NCBI GenBank assembly: GCA_028023455.1
Contig: JAQFVV010000009.1
Span: 10,602,001-10,666,000 of the forward strand
Length of the DNA stretch: 64,000 bases
Direction of reading: 5' to 3'
Source of the DNA: Epiperipatus broadwayi
Lineage: Eukaryota; Animalia; Onychophora
The notes under the pieces are model-generated. The model made no database searches. It was not told the DNA's origin and worked only from the letters and a program-made list of their open reading frames with translations. This document shows positions 50,840 to 63,025 of this stretch, one piece after another (the first letter of the stretch is position 1; each line of letters opens with the position of its first letter). The position numbers were made by a program, and so were the translations under genes.

Positions 50840-51015
50840 CAACATGTCCATTAATTAAAAAGCTATTATAATAACAATAAAAATAATAAACATAATGGTT
50901 ATTAATTATTATATACAGTTTTTTCAATCTGCAGAAGTACTTTTGGTTAATTCCATAACCCTCCTAAATTGTATATAATAATTAATTACGGTTATGTTTA
51001 TTATTTTTATTTATA
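50840..51015. repeat. Fold-back repeat family F9, copy B
   Basis: AAAAATAATAAACATAAT..ATTAATTATTATATAC is inverted against GTATATAATAATTAATTACGGTTATGTTTATTATTTTT; shares TTCAATCTGCAGAAGTACTTT with the 40713 copy. Confidence 0.7.
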
Positions 51016-52599
51016 TATATAAATATTTTCTAAAGCAGTACAAAATTAATGTAATAGGGTGTTATAAAGCTTGCTACAATAGTTTATTTCAGGCATTGCA
51101 TAACTTCTTACATAATAATCTCTAATAGTGAATTTTCTTATTCTTTGTTATTTATAAAATAGTGAAGTATTCTACTTTTTTTAAAAATAACTTTTTATTG
51201 TATGATTTTAATAACTATCACTAAAATATTTGGAATTATTTAATGAGACTTTCAATAAAAAATGTATGCATAAATGGTATCAGTATTTGTATATGTATAT
51301 GTTCTGAAATAATGTTAAAAAGATAGAAAGTAGTAAAAACTGTTACAGTATTAATCAAATTTTAGTTCATTTATATCTAATTAATAAACAGATTTCTAGC
51401 TATTAATAACTGGTGATAACAGTTAATCTGATTTGGCAGAGGAGTATCAATGCTCTGAGTACAAAAACAAAAAATACATTTAGAATACTATGTCATTTTG
51501 AACATTGGAGTAAAACATTCCATTCCAACATATTTATCTAAAAACTTATATTTGTTTCAACAGAAAAATTGATTAAATATTCTTATACTGAGAATTTTTT
51601 AATGTTAATTAAAAATGATTTTTCTAGAACAGCTTCTTTGTCATCAGCCACTATTTTCTAAATAGCAGGTTTATCAGATCATCACAGATCACATTATCCA
51701 AGCCTTCTAATTATTCACTCTTATTTTTGAGTTATCTTCTCAAGATATTAATTAATTGTAAATTCATTTTTAGTTTTCATTCTAAGCAATGAATGTGCTT
51801 TAGTTATTTGGGAAATGAGTTTAATGTTTTATTTTTATATCAAAGTAAGCATCTAAAAGTGTTTGCTTTTTTTTTTGCTAGTGGTGAAAACTAGATTATA
51901 TTACAATCATGTTTTGTTTTCTCTTAACACTCATTGATACCCATGTGGTCACCTTTCAATTATCTTGATACCTTTATCATTCATTTAAGAATATGTGAAA
52001 CCAATTTTGTAAAATTAGCTATATGAAAAATTTCCAAGCTTACCATAAGAAATTTTTAATTACCTGAAATATTTTCAAGTTTCACCAGAATTTGAATCCT
52101 AGGTCTTACATTCTGCAACACTAATTTTTACAATATAGTTGCTTTTCATTTTTATACTTATTTTTTTAAAAAACTTTTTTGTGAGATTTAATTTTGACTC
52201 ATTTGAAAATTAGAAGTACTATGTATATATATATGCATTCACGAGATCGAAAGATAGTGATCGCTTAAGATAATAATGGGATAGAATTAGGAAACTGAAA
52301 GAATAATAATCACTCATAACAAAAATTAATCATAAAAAAACTTCTTGTTTAACGAATTGTTAAACCAAATATTTTTTCATTTATTGATTAGTTTTTATAT
52401 TTAGAAAGAAAATGAACAATTTGCATAATTTAATTGATTGGAAATGTCAAAACCAATAACTTGATTATGTTATCAGATCTAAAATTAACGATGATATAGA
52501 TTAGAATCTTTGATGTTTTTATTACTATTTTAACACTAAAATGACATTTAAATTAGTATTGTTTTAAAAACAAGGTCAATTTTAAAGCTTAAAATATTC

Positions 52600-52900
52600 A
52601 TGATAACAGTATTATTTAAGGCAAGTGTAGAAAGTTTAAAAAAGGAAACTAGTGGAGAAGAGATTTAAATTTATTATGTATTAAGTGTAAGGAATAGTAA
52701 TTTAGAGCATTTGTTATTAGAATGGAATGGTTTTGAATAGGATAGGGAACACGTGATATAATGACTCTGTGGGGAAAATTATGATTCAAATAAATTGATA
52801 GGGTTTTGTTTAGCGGGGATGAAAATTAACAATAAAATTATTATTAAACTGCTAGAGATATATATTGAATAATAGGGGGAAATGAAATAGATACATCAAA
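52600..52900 (+). pseudogene. Decayed LINE 3' fragment with Cys/His motif
   Basis: Broken translation LLCIKCKE...NLEHLLLE; purine-rich like 57740-58430. Confidence 0.3.
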
Positions 52901-53699
52901 ATTTAAAATATATGTATACATTGATCTATAATTAATATAATTTATTGATGATTTTGAATAAATGAAAAATAGGAAAAATAAGACTAAAGTATTAGTGCAG
53001 ACATAATATTTTTGAACAATAGAAAAAAACCCGGAAATATAAAATATATATGTATTGATTTGTAACGATATTTCCGTGTGATTTCAGTTTTCGATCTAAC
53101 CATTTTTAAAACTTTTTTTTTTTATAGGACAATTATTTATTTATGTCTTTTGTCTTGGGACTGGTGATTTCGGTGTCGCATGTGACTTTTTACTGAAAAA
53201 ACTATGGTTCTCTTATTTTGAATAAAAATCTGCTGTGATCATCTCAGAAACAATTGTTACCACAAAATATCTCAACAAAATACTATCTAACAGAAAAATT
53301 ATTATTAAAAAATATATATATTTAATTTGATAATTTCGAAATATATATATTTGTGATTTACTGTAATCATAGAAACGTATCTATACACATATGCCAAAAT
53401 AAATAGCAAAAGTAATAAAATAATATGATGTGATCATCACAACTTCCTAATGCAGAATTAAGAATGATCCAAGTTGCATATGACTGCTTGATATAAATAT
53501 TATTTGACATTTAGCATGTAATTTTTGTACATATTGTTGTATTAGAAAGAATTGTGAATTGAGTTTAGTCTGTGAGTGGTTTAAATTTGTTATAACATAT
53601 CACTATTGTTGTTATGGCAATGAACCCCACCACAAAATGTGCTACCTCATGATATAAGTTGCACAATGAAATTGTCAATTGACTTACTTTGATGAAGTT

Positions 53700-55450
53700 G
53701 GATGAGTGTTTCAATTTATTTTTTATTGCATTTACAAGAGTAGTTTATTTCATTATTTTAAGCTAGGTTATATTAAAGTACTTCAAATCCCTGTTCATAA
53801 CTCTTATAAAAACAATAATCTTAAGGAAAAACAATATCTAAAGAATAACAGAGGCTTTAACAAAATGTGGACAGAGAAATTTGCATTTATATAAAGAAAT
53901 AAAGTCCCCAATGTCTAATTTTCTATTTGCAACTTCAGAATAATAAATGAAATAATATCAAGTGACATTTTTGAAGAATACATTTAGATTTTAACCAAAA
54001 GTATCCTGATAATGATAGTAGAAGGAAAGCTAATTGAAAAATTACAAAAGAAAATACTATTCCAGCAAAGAAGTTTACTAACTTGCATAAAAGTCTTTAA
54101 ATAATAATGAAGCAAACTTTTTGTTATCTCCAAAAATAGTTGGAAAATCTTTTATTGATGGTGACTTTCTAAAACAATTCGATTTGTAATGTCTCTAAAA
54201 TGTTGTTTATAATAAGTATGAAAAATAAGGATGGTATATGTAAGAAAATTAAAGATTTATCCATCACATTTAGAATTATAAAGAAATGAATCATAGCTAT
54301 TGTTGAAGAAGTGTCAAATATGAAAATTACAGATGTTAATTCTGCTGAATTTATATCCATTGTTATTGATAAATCAGGTGATATTTTTGATATAGTGCAG
54401 TGCTTTGTAATAGTTAGATACATAATATCTTTCAGTATTCAAGAATTTCCTGATGTGTTATCACTTGCAAAACATACTTCAAGTAAAGATATTTCAGCAA
54501 GCCTCCAACATGTTTTCAGAATATAAATGTAATTATAATATATTATACATTGCACATGATTGTAAAAAACATGGGGTTTGTTAAGCTATTCTCCATTTAT
54601 ATTTCTCATGAAATTATTTTATTACATTGCATTTTACATCAGGAACCTTTAGCTGCAATACATTTGGAATTATTATTACAGCTGAAAAGAGTAATGGATG
54701 TTGTACCAATAATCAATTTCATACAATCTAAAATGCTGAATCAGAGCTTTTTGCAAAATTGTTATAAGAAATAAATAGTCAATACAACAATTTAATTACA
54801 TTTACATCTGTAAGATAGCTATCAAAGAAAAAGTGCTAAAATGCTTCTGTGAATGTTTAAAAGAAGTGGCAATTTTTTTAACTAAAAATTACTTTTAAGA
54901 ACATTTACAATTTCTCACTAATTCTGAATGGATTGAAAATTTTTATAACTTGAATCTGAAGTTGCAAGGAAAGGCAATACAGCTTTACAATTATTAGAAA
55001 TAAAATAATTTCATGTGACTAGAAACAAAGGATATTTTTGGAAGATATTATCAAGGATAAATTTGCATTTTTTGAAAATCTAAGAAATTATAGATTGAGT
55101 TTAAATCAAGAGGAAATTTATTATAAATTATTTGCTGAAATGATTATCTTTAATTTAGTCTCATTTACAAATAGATTTCAGTATTTCAAAAAACATCTGG
55201 AATTGGAATAACTACTACAGAACTACAAATGGAGCTTTTCAAAAGTCAAAATAAAAGTATTTGAGTACAAAAACTAAAATAAATAGTAACACAGATTGAG
55301 AAAAAATCAGATAACTATTGGGGGAAACACTATAGGACATCATATTATGAATGCTGGAACTTATTTTTAACTAATTAATCAAATTCTATATGGCTTGCTT
55401 TTAGGATTTTGATGCTTTTTGACTTAACATGTAATTGTGAATAATTTTTC
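53700..55450 (+). pseudogene. Decayed hAT transposase (Buster/SPIN/GTF2IRD2-like)
   Basis: RGFNKMWTEKFAFI..PQCLI (BED-like), FISIVIDKSGDIFDIVQCFVIVRY (D-E-S-T-D catalytic block), HCILHQEPL (CxxH motif), VMDVV.IINFI; many frameshifts; termini not identified. Confidence 0.85.
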
Positions 55451-57739
55451 TCTTCAATGAATTACATTAAAAATAAACACAGGGGCAGACTGGCCTATAC
55501 AAGTTTGAAAATTGATTTGCTACTAAAATATATGAAATATACACCAAATTTGAATAAATTGTATATGAATATGCAAATTCAAAAGTCATACTAGAAATTT
55601 TATTCTATAATATTAATTGAATATATTTGTTTAAATAAATAATTTTATATATTGATATTCAAATTATTATTATTTTTTGCAATAGACATTTGTTAATATT
55701 TAAATAAATACATCTATTGATTAAAATGAAAATTTAAAAAAAAATATTGTTGATTTATTATAACCACAAAAACCAAAATAATTATATGCAAACATGAGAA
55801 TTTATTTATTTATGTTTGTAAATACTGAAATAATTACAAAATTATTCTAAAGTTTCAACTATTTTAAATTTTCCAGGGAACAGAATGAATCAAATTAAAA
55901 TTGTGGCTTCCTAAATTTTATTTTTTTATAGATTTTTTATTGGAATGGCTTTTTGTTTCAGAAGGGTTTCTTCCTGTCCTAATCATATTTCTGAATATGT
56001 TTTTAAATAAATTATTGTGTTTTTTTTAAATCTACTACCTACTTGATCTTTCCTTTCTTACCAAATGTTTTGTTTATATTACTTTTATTTACTTATTTTA
56101 TCGATCTCTGGCTATTGACTAACTTTCAACAACTTTTTGTCTTTCCAGGTATATACACACAACACCATTTAAACACATGTTTCAGTAATATACTGCCTTA
56201 CAGGGTTTAGTGTAATTGTGGATTCTAGGGATCAGTCAGTATTCGTGAACTGTGGATCCAGGTCTAGCACGTCTGATGCTCAAACTTTATATGAATTCCT
56301 ACGCAACAAAGCATTTGATTATTTATTAATATATTATGTCCTGTGCTTGAAGGCAAGTAATATAATTATATGTGATAGATTTCTATAATCAAATGCTCTT
56401 GTCCTGCATGGGTTAGTTCAATGATAAATACCAGATTGGAGCTCAAAGTCCACAGATGGTGGACCAATTCTGTTACTTCTGCTATTCAAATTTCTTATGA
56501 GTTCCCAAGTTATAAAGCCAATCAATTATTTATTTTTATTAATGCAGTTCATTTATTAACAAGTTATATTTATGTTAGCTTAGTTGTTATAAAATTATTA
56601 AAAAGAATGAACTCAAAATTATATTCTTTTTACCAAACATTTTATGATTTGCACAAAAATATTAGTCTTTACCTTTTGTGAAAGACTTTTTTTTTTTTGC
56701 TGCAATATGTACGAAATCAGATCAAAAAATCCAAAAATATTCGAATATAAATTTATTTCAATTATTCTGAAATTAAAACTTATTTTATTTTACTATTCTC
56801 CTCATTTTATTTCAATTTTGATAAATATTCTGGAAAGATTTTTGTTTTTGGAATTATTCATAATTCCATCATTCTATGTCTTAATGTGTGATTGATTTAT
56901 TTGTGCTCAGTATTAAAAGTTTAAAAACTTTTTAAATTGAGTTTGAAAACATAGACAGGTATCTATTGCTCAGTGCATTTAGTATATAAACCAAATAATC
57001 CTTGTTTTAAAATCTGTAGCCACTTACGGCTATGATATTATAGCTTGTCTAAATCTTATTTTTTATTTCAATCTCTCTCTATATATATATATCTTTTTCA
57101 CAGATGTGTGTACTGTTTTTAGGCAGACACATTCAATTTTGAAGTTAAAAATGTGATAAAAATATGTCTACATGAAATATTAATTCATAATTCTCTAATA
57201 ATTATTAATAACTAAATTAATTATTATTATTTTTCTCTCATTCTCCTGATATTTTCTTTTACCTTATTGTATTCCATCGTTTAGGTTAATACAGGGATCA
57301 GTTAGTGCAAACATTTCACTACATGAGTCATCGTTCAGACTAACTGTGACCACGTTATTGTGCGTTTATAAAAGTATGGTTCCAGTTTTTTGTTTGTTTA
57401 TTTATTTTTATTCTTAACTTCCTCTATTTATCTTTGTTTTTTTATTCTGTAGTTAGAATGAATATACTTATTTCCAAGTTACTACTTAACCAAATTATTC
57501 ATATAAGTAAATTTACAGATACACACCCTATATATGTATTTATAAACTGTCTTGTGAGTAAATCTTTGTGGAACGTATTCTTTATAAATGTGAGGCAAAT
57601 AATTTGAAATTGCATATTTTTTAAAAAAACATTTTTAATTCTTGATTTTCTGTTAATGATTTTTATTCACCATAATGAACTAATTTATAGAAAATAAGAG
57701 AATATCCCAAATAGTATTTAATTGGGTTATGAGTAAAGA

Positions 57740-58430
57740 ACAAGCAACTAGATGGGTAAGAAGGTAGTACAGTATGCAGAAGATTTGGATAAAGAATTTG
57801 TCAGTATACTTATACAAAAGATGGGATGGTTGTGTTAGGAGAATTGATGAGTGTTATAGTGGCAAGGAATGGGGTACAAGAATAGATGCATTAATAAAAA
57901 ATAAGAAGTTGGAGAGATGGAGAACTACTATGGAGAGTGAAAAGAATTTAAATATATATAGAAGTAAATAGAATATTGGGTGTGAGCTAATTTATGATAA
58001 TAGCAAGGAAAGTAGTTTAGTCTGCAAGGTTTGCAAGGATCTTTAGCAACATGGAAATATAATAGCAAGGAAAGTAGTTTAGTCTGCAAGTTATGCAAGG
58101 AAAGCATAAAAAATATTAAGCATCTGTTAATTGAATGTAAATGCCCAAGCAGAAAGGGTATAAATAATAAAGTTGTGGAAGAATAAATATAAACAGAAGT
58201 GATTAGACAGAAAGTGGGTTCTTGGATTTTATGCTAGGTTTGAGAAAAGATAAGGGGAGTTTATTTATAAAGGTCATAGGGTTGACAAAGATTATGTTGT
58301 GGAAATGGGATGGAGCTGGATAGAAAAGAATATGAGAAAAAATGTAGGGTGGGGAATGGAAAAGGAAGGTGGTTAACAGGTTTCTCTGAGCATAGTGGTT
58401 GAGAGATTTCTGACTCCGAAAAAGGAAAAG
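57740..58430 (+). pseudogene. Decayed L1/Tx1-like LINE 3' fragment with internal 62-bp duplication
   Basis: VCKLCKESIKNIKHLLIEC motif near 58083; AATAGCAAGGAAAGTAGTTTAGTCTGCAAG at 57999 and 58061. Confidence 0.5.
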
Positions 58431-59459
58431 TCATAGTGTTTCACATCACATTATTATTATTAACAGCATGTGTAAGCATATGAAATAGTGATCATGTGGC
58501 GCAATGTATTTACTGATTTTTTTTATCACACAAATATTTAATACATAATATGCTCATCAATGGTATGAAGAAAAAATTAAAATTGATATTGTAGCCCTAA
58601 ATATTATGATGCTAAAATAAATTGTGTTGAGAGAGGCAAACAATGGTAGATTACTATTGATGATGATCAAATATGAATTTTTTTTTTTTACATATAAATC
58701 TCTATTGCCTACTTAGCTCAATCATATACAGTATTTATAAACAATATTAAAGTTCAATTTTTTGAAAAGATAATAAACATTTTTACAGAGCTATTAATAG
58801 TTTTTCTGAAGGTTTGTGATGATGGTGTTCTAGCTGTATTTTTATATTGGACTATTTCGATCATCTAATATGTGTGTTGAATGTCTTTAGAAAAGTTTAA
58901 TTTTAGTTAAATATTCCAAATGCATTCAACTGTTAGTAATATTACAGCAAACAGGTTAGTATATGCACCAACTGTTAGTAATATCACAGCAAACAATGTT
59001 AGTAATATCACAGCAAACAGGTTAGTAATATGCACTAACTGTAAGTAATATCATAGCAAACAGGTTAGTATATGCACAACGTTTCGAGAGGTATTTTTCT
59101 CCTCTCTTCTTCAGGTGTTGCTGGCCTGACCAGTGACAGTACTAGCATGGGATTCAAACCTGGGTTCTTAGAATTTTGATAATTGAATTTTAAGGTAATG
59201 CTCTAACCAACTGAGCCATCCTGCCAAAGGCAATGGTATGTAGTAAATTTCATATACTTATCTATGAGGTTTCTCCTGATTTCTCCACTTTTTCCTCAGA
59301 GCAAAGTTGATTAGTGGTTTCCATACATTATGTATAGTCACAATAGGTTGGCTTATGGGATTTTTTGCCATTGTCATGTGAGCAGCTTCTTTAAATATTT
59401 TTCTTTGTACCTTTTCTTCTTTGTCCAATATTTTTGTATTTTCCCAATTGAATGTATGT

Positions 59460-60365
59460 TCATTGGTCCATACATGGTCTGCTACCTTAGACACATCTGT
59501 TTTTTTCTTCTAATCATCAGTTTATGTTCTTGCAAGCACTTTTGAATGGGACAGCTGGTTTCACCAATATATGTTCTTTGTATTTTCCCAATTGATCATT
59601 GGTTCATACATGGCCTGCTACATTAGACACATCTGTTTTTTCTCTTCTAATCATCAGTTTATGTTCTTGCAAGCACTTTTGAATGGGACGGCTGGTCTGC
59701 TACCTTAGACACATCTTTTTTTTCTCTTCTAATCATCAGTTTATGTTTTTGCAAGCGCTTTTGAAGGGGACGGCTGGTCTGCTACCTTAGACACATGTTT
59801 TTTCTCTTCTAATCATCAGTTTATGTTCTTGCAAGCACTTTTGAATGGGACAGCTTGACACATCTGTTTTTTCTCTTCTAATCATCGGTTTATGTTCTTG
59901 CAAGTGCTTTTGAATGGAACGGCTGGTTTCACCAATATATGTTCTTTGTATTTTCCCAATTGATCATTGGTCCATACATGGTCTGCTACCTTAGACACAT
60001 CTGTTTTTTTCTTCTAATCACCAGTTTATGTTCTTGCAAGCACTTTTGAATGGGACGGCTAGACACATCTGTTTTTTCTCTTCTAATCATCAGTTTATGT
60101 TCTTGCAAACGCTTTTGAATGGGATGGCACCAGTTGTCCCATTCAAAAGTGCTTGCAAGAACATAAACTGATGATTAGAAGAGAAAAAAACAGATGTGTC
60201 TAGCCGTCCCATTCAAAAGTGCTTGCAAGAACATAAACTGGTGATTAGAAGAAAAAACAGATGTGTCTAAGGTAGCAGACCAGCCGTCTCATTTAAAAGC
60301 ACTTGCAAGAACATAAACTGATGATTAGAAGAGAAAAAACAGATGTATCTAAGGTAGCAGACCAT
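59460..60365. repeat. Array of about 62-135-bp reiterated GIY-YIG segments (7 minus, 3 plus)
   Basis: Unit encodes SRPIQKRLQEHKLMIRREKTDVSKVADH; junctions vary and fall at microhomologies. Confidence 0.9.
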
Positions 60366-60612
60366 GTATGGACCAATGAACATATGTTCAATTGGGAAAA
60401 TACAAAAATATTGGACAAAGAAGAAAAGGTACAAAGAAGAAAATTTAAAGAAGCTGCTCACATAACAATGGCAAAAAATCCCATAAGCCAATCTAGTGTG
60501 ACTATACATAATGTATGGAAACCACTAATCAACTTTGCTCTGAGGAAAAAGTGGAGAAATCAGGAGGAATCTCATAGATAAGTATATGAAATTACTACAT
60601 ACTGTTGCCTTT

Positions 60613-60694
60613 GGCAGGATGGCTCAGTTGGTTAGAGCGTTACCTTAAAATTCAATTATCAAAATTCTAAGGACCCAGGTTCGAATCCCATGCT
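60613..60694 (+). ncRNA. tRNA-like cassette (Pol III A/B boxes) inside the PLE 3' region; mirror copy at 59144-59225 on minus
   Basis: TGGCTCAGTTGGTTAGAGC (D-stem GCTC/GAGC, A box) and GGTTCGAATCCC (B box); extended central stem CCTTA..TAAGG; acceptor and T stems do not pair fully, so it is not a functional tRNA; closest by eye to tRNA-Phe. Confidence 0.7.
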
Positions 60695-60720
60695 AGTACT
60701 GTCACTGGTCAGGTCAGCAA

Positions 60721-60763
60721 CACCTGAAGAAGAGAGGTGAAAAATACCTCTCGAAACGTTGTG
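60721..60763 (+). ncRNA. Type I minimal hammerhead ribozyme; mirror copy at 59075-59117 on minus
   Basis: CAC-CUGAAGA-A-GAGAGGU/GAAAAAU/ACCUCUC-GAAAC-GUU^GUG; intact core, 7-bp stem II, palindromic AACGUU at stem III. Confidence 0.85.
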
Positions 60764-63025
60764 CATATATATACTAAGCTGTTTGCTGTGATATTACTAA
60801 CAGTTAGTGCATATTACTAAACTGTTTGCTGTGATATTACTAACATTGTTTGCTGTGATATTACTAACAGTTGAATGCATTTGGAATATTTAACTAAAAT
60901 TAAACTTTTCTAAAGACATTCAACACACATATTAGATGATGGAAATAGTCCAATATAAAAATACAGCTATTAGTAGTTTATTTTGTTGTTGTTTTTAAGT
61001 ATGTAAAGTATTCATTTAAAATCGTTTTATTATTAAAATGGATATATTCTATTAAGCAATAAAAAAATTAATGGGGTGAGAGTGGATCATAACGGGGATA
61101 AAGCGAAGATTGTACTAAAAAATAAGAATAGTTTTATTATCTTATAATAATAGTATTTGTCAGCAATAGTCAAATAGAATTTATGTATATCTTAAATAGT
61201 TAGGGGTTGAAAGGTGTTTTTATTAATGGCAAATTGTAACTTATTTTGTTTTTTATTAGTATCCGGTTGAATCTTAAAATAACTTCATTAAAAATTATAT
61301 ATATATATTACATTCTTTTTCTTATATGTACTTTTATTGCGTCTCTGTTATACATATTAATAGCATTGAAATAGAAGAATTTAATATATATATATAGTGA
61401 AATTCTTATAGTTGTTAGCACCCTGCTTTCATTTTTCTTGTAAATACTCCGTTTTACTAGTTTTTTTTCTCACTTTTTCACACCTTAATTTACTGTCATA
61501 TGTTAGTAAATCTTAGATTCTGATGCAACTCCTTAAATAGATACATCACAGTAATTGTATTACTTCTCTTATTCATTCATTTTTAATTTTATCTTTTCTA
61601 CAAATGCTCGAAAATCTGCCCCCCCCCCCCCGACTTCAATTATTATCTTTTCTCTTTTCACTAGAAACCATATTTTTGATACATAAGTAACAATATCTTC
61701 TAGAATTCTTTTAATAATAAATATTATCATCTTTTTAGTATTTTTTTTCAAATTTTTTTTTTTTAATATAAGAATATAACTACAATTATTTTACTATTAA
61801 AATAATTCTAACTTGTTTTACCACTCAATAACATTTTTCTATCATTACTTTCTGTATGTATCAAATAAAACTTTTTACATTATCATATGAGTGATAAAAA
61901 GGCTGGAAATTGTTTTACTGATCTCATAATGTTAAATATGCCTTACTCCACCAAGAGAAAGTTGAAATCCTTCCAGTATATATATATATATCTCAGCTTA
62001 CAAAAATATGATTTATTTATTTGGATTGGATAGGTGAATATATTTTCTACATAAAACGATATTACATATATACTGCTAAAATATATGCAGATGGTGTTGT
62101 AATAGAGAACTATTATTTACATATGTGTGTGTGCGTATTGAGAAAATTTGGTATTTCTCCTGCAGTATAAGACTGAGAGACATCCTTTAATACAAAACTA
62201 ATTCAATTTTTAGCATTTTGAAATCAGTAAGAAAAAAATTGTCATGTTATCATTCATGACTTAATTACAAAAACTTTTTATCTATATATGATAAATATTT
62301 TAATATAAAACTAGAGATTTCTCATTCATACATTATGTTATTTATTTTAAAATAGCAATTGCAGTTATGTTATATAACAGGATTGTATTTAAAATCTTTC
62401 ATTTTCCAATTGATCTGAATATATTATCAGCAAGGTTTTCTATAGGGAACATATGTTTATCTTTTTAACCTAGCTGATGTTGGAGCAGTTTGTCCTGCTG
62501 AAACATATTAAGTAAAATGTGAAGTTCTAGAAATCAGACTTTGATTGAAAACTGCATTGAATATGTATATATTAATTCTAATATTCTCACAGATGAATGA
62601 TGAATTCATAGTATTATTTTTAGAAACTTCCGTGTAATATATATAACTTCAAAAAATATTTGCTATCAAATAAAAGGCTTCATGGCTTTAATCAAACTTA
62701 ATGGGACAAATTATTAATATCAACTCATATGATGGATTTATTTTTTGCTAATTGTAAATTCAAAACCAAAAAGCACAATGGTTTCCCTTTTTCAAATGAT
62801 TGTTTCTAATTGAGACAATGGTTAAGTTTATTAAAAGCAGGATGTGTGTGTAAGTTAATTTTGTTTAAATATTTATATTCATGATAGGCTTATACAAAAT
62901 GAAGTCTTCTGTAAGCTACAAAATGATCAGTTGAAATAGCATTTGTCAATTGAAACAGAGAGTAGTGAGAAAAACAATGCTTCAGACTTGGACTGCCATT
63001 CAAAGCTGATTTTTTTGTTGATCAT

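Larger units (their letters stand above)
58831..60969. mobile_element. 2.1-kb head-to-head palindrome of a PLE 3' end (GIY-YIG, tRNA-like cassette, HHR, tail)
   Basis: Outer arms match from TAGCTGTATTTTTATATTGG (58831) to its reverse complement (60969); centre at 60128/60129; GIY-YIG C-terminal ORFs 59258-59494 (-) and 60303-60581 (+); RTYIGETSRP seen at junctions. Confidence 0.93.

Noticed and set aside
53128-57373. Further plus-strand exon candidates near 53128, 56193 and 57287
   Set aside because: Splice signals are weak or ambiguous, frames cannot be linked, and the peptides are not recognised.
59460-60365. Repeat array that could be mistaken for a CRISPR array
   Set aside because: No unique spacers; the units are pieces of a GIY-YIG coding sequence; eukaryotic context; no cas genes.
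60613-60694. Functional tRNA gene
   Set aside because: Acceptor and T stems do not pair and there is no standard anticodon loop; treated as a tRNA-like cassette.
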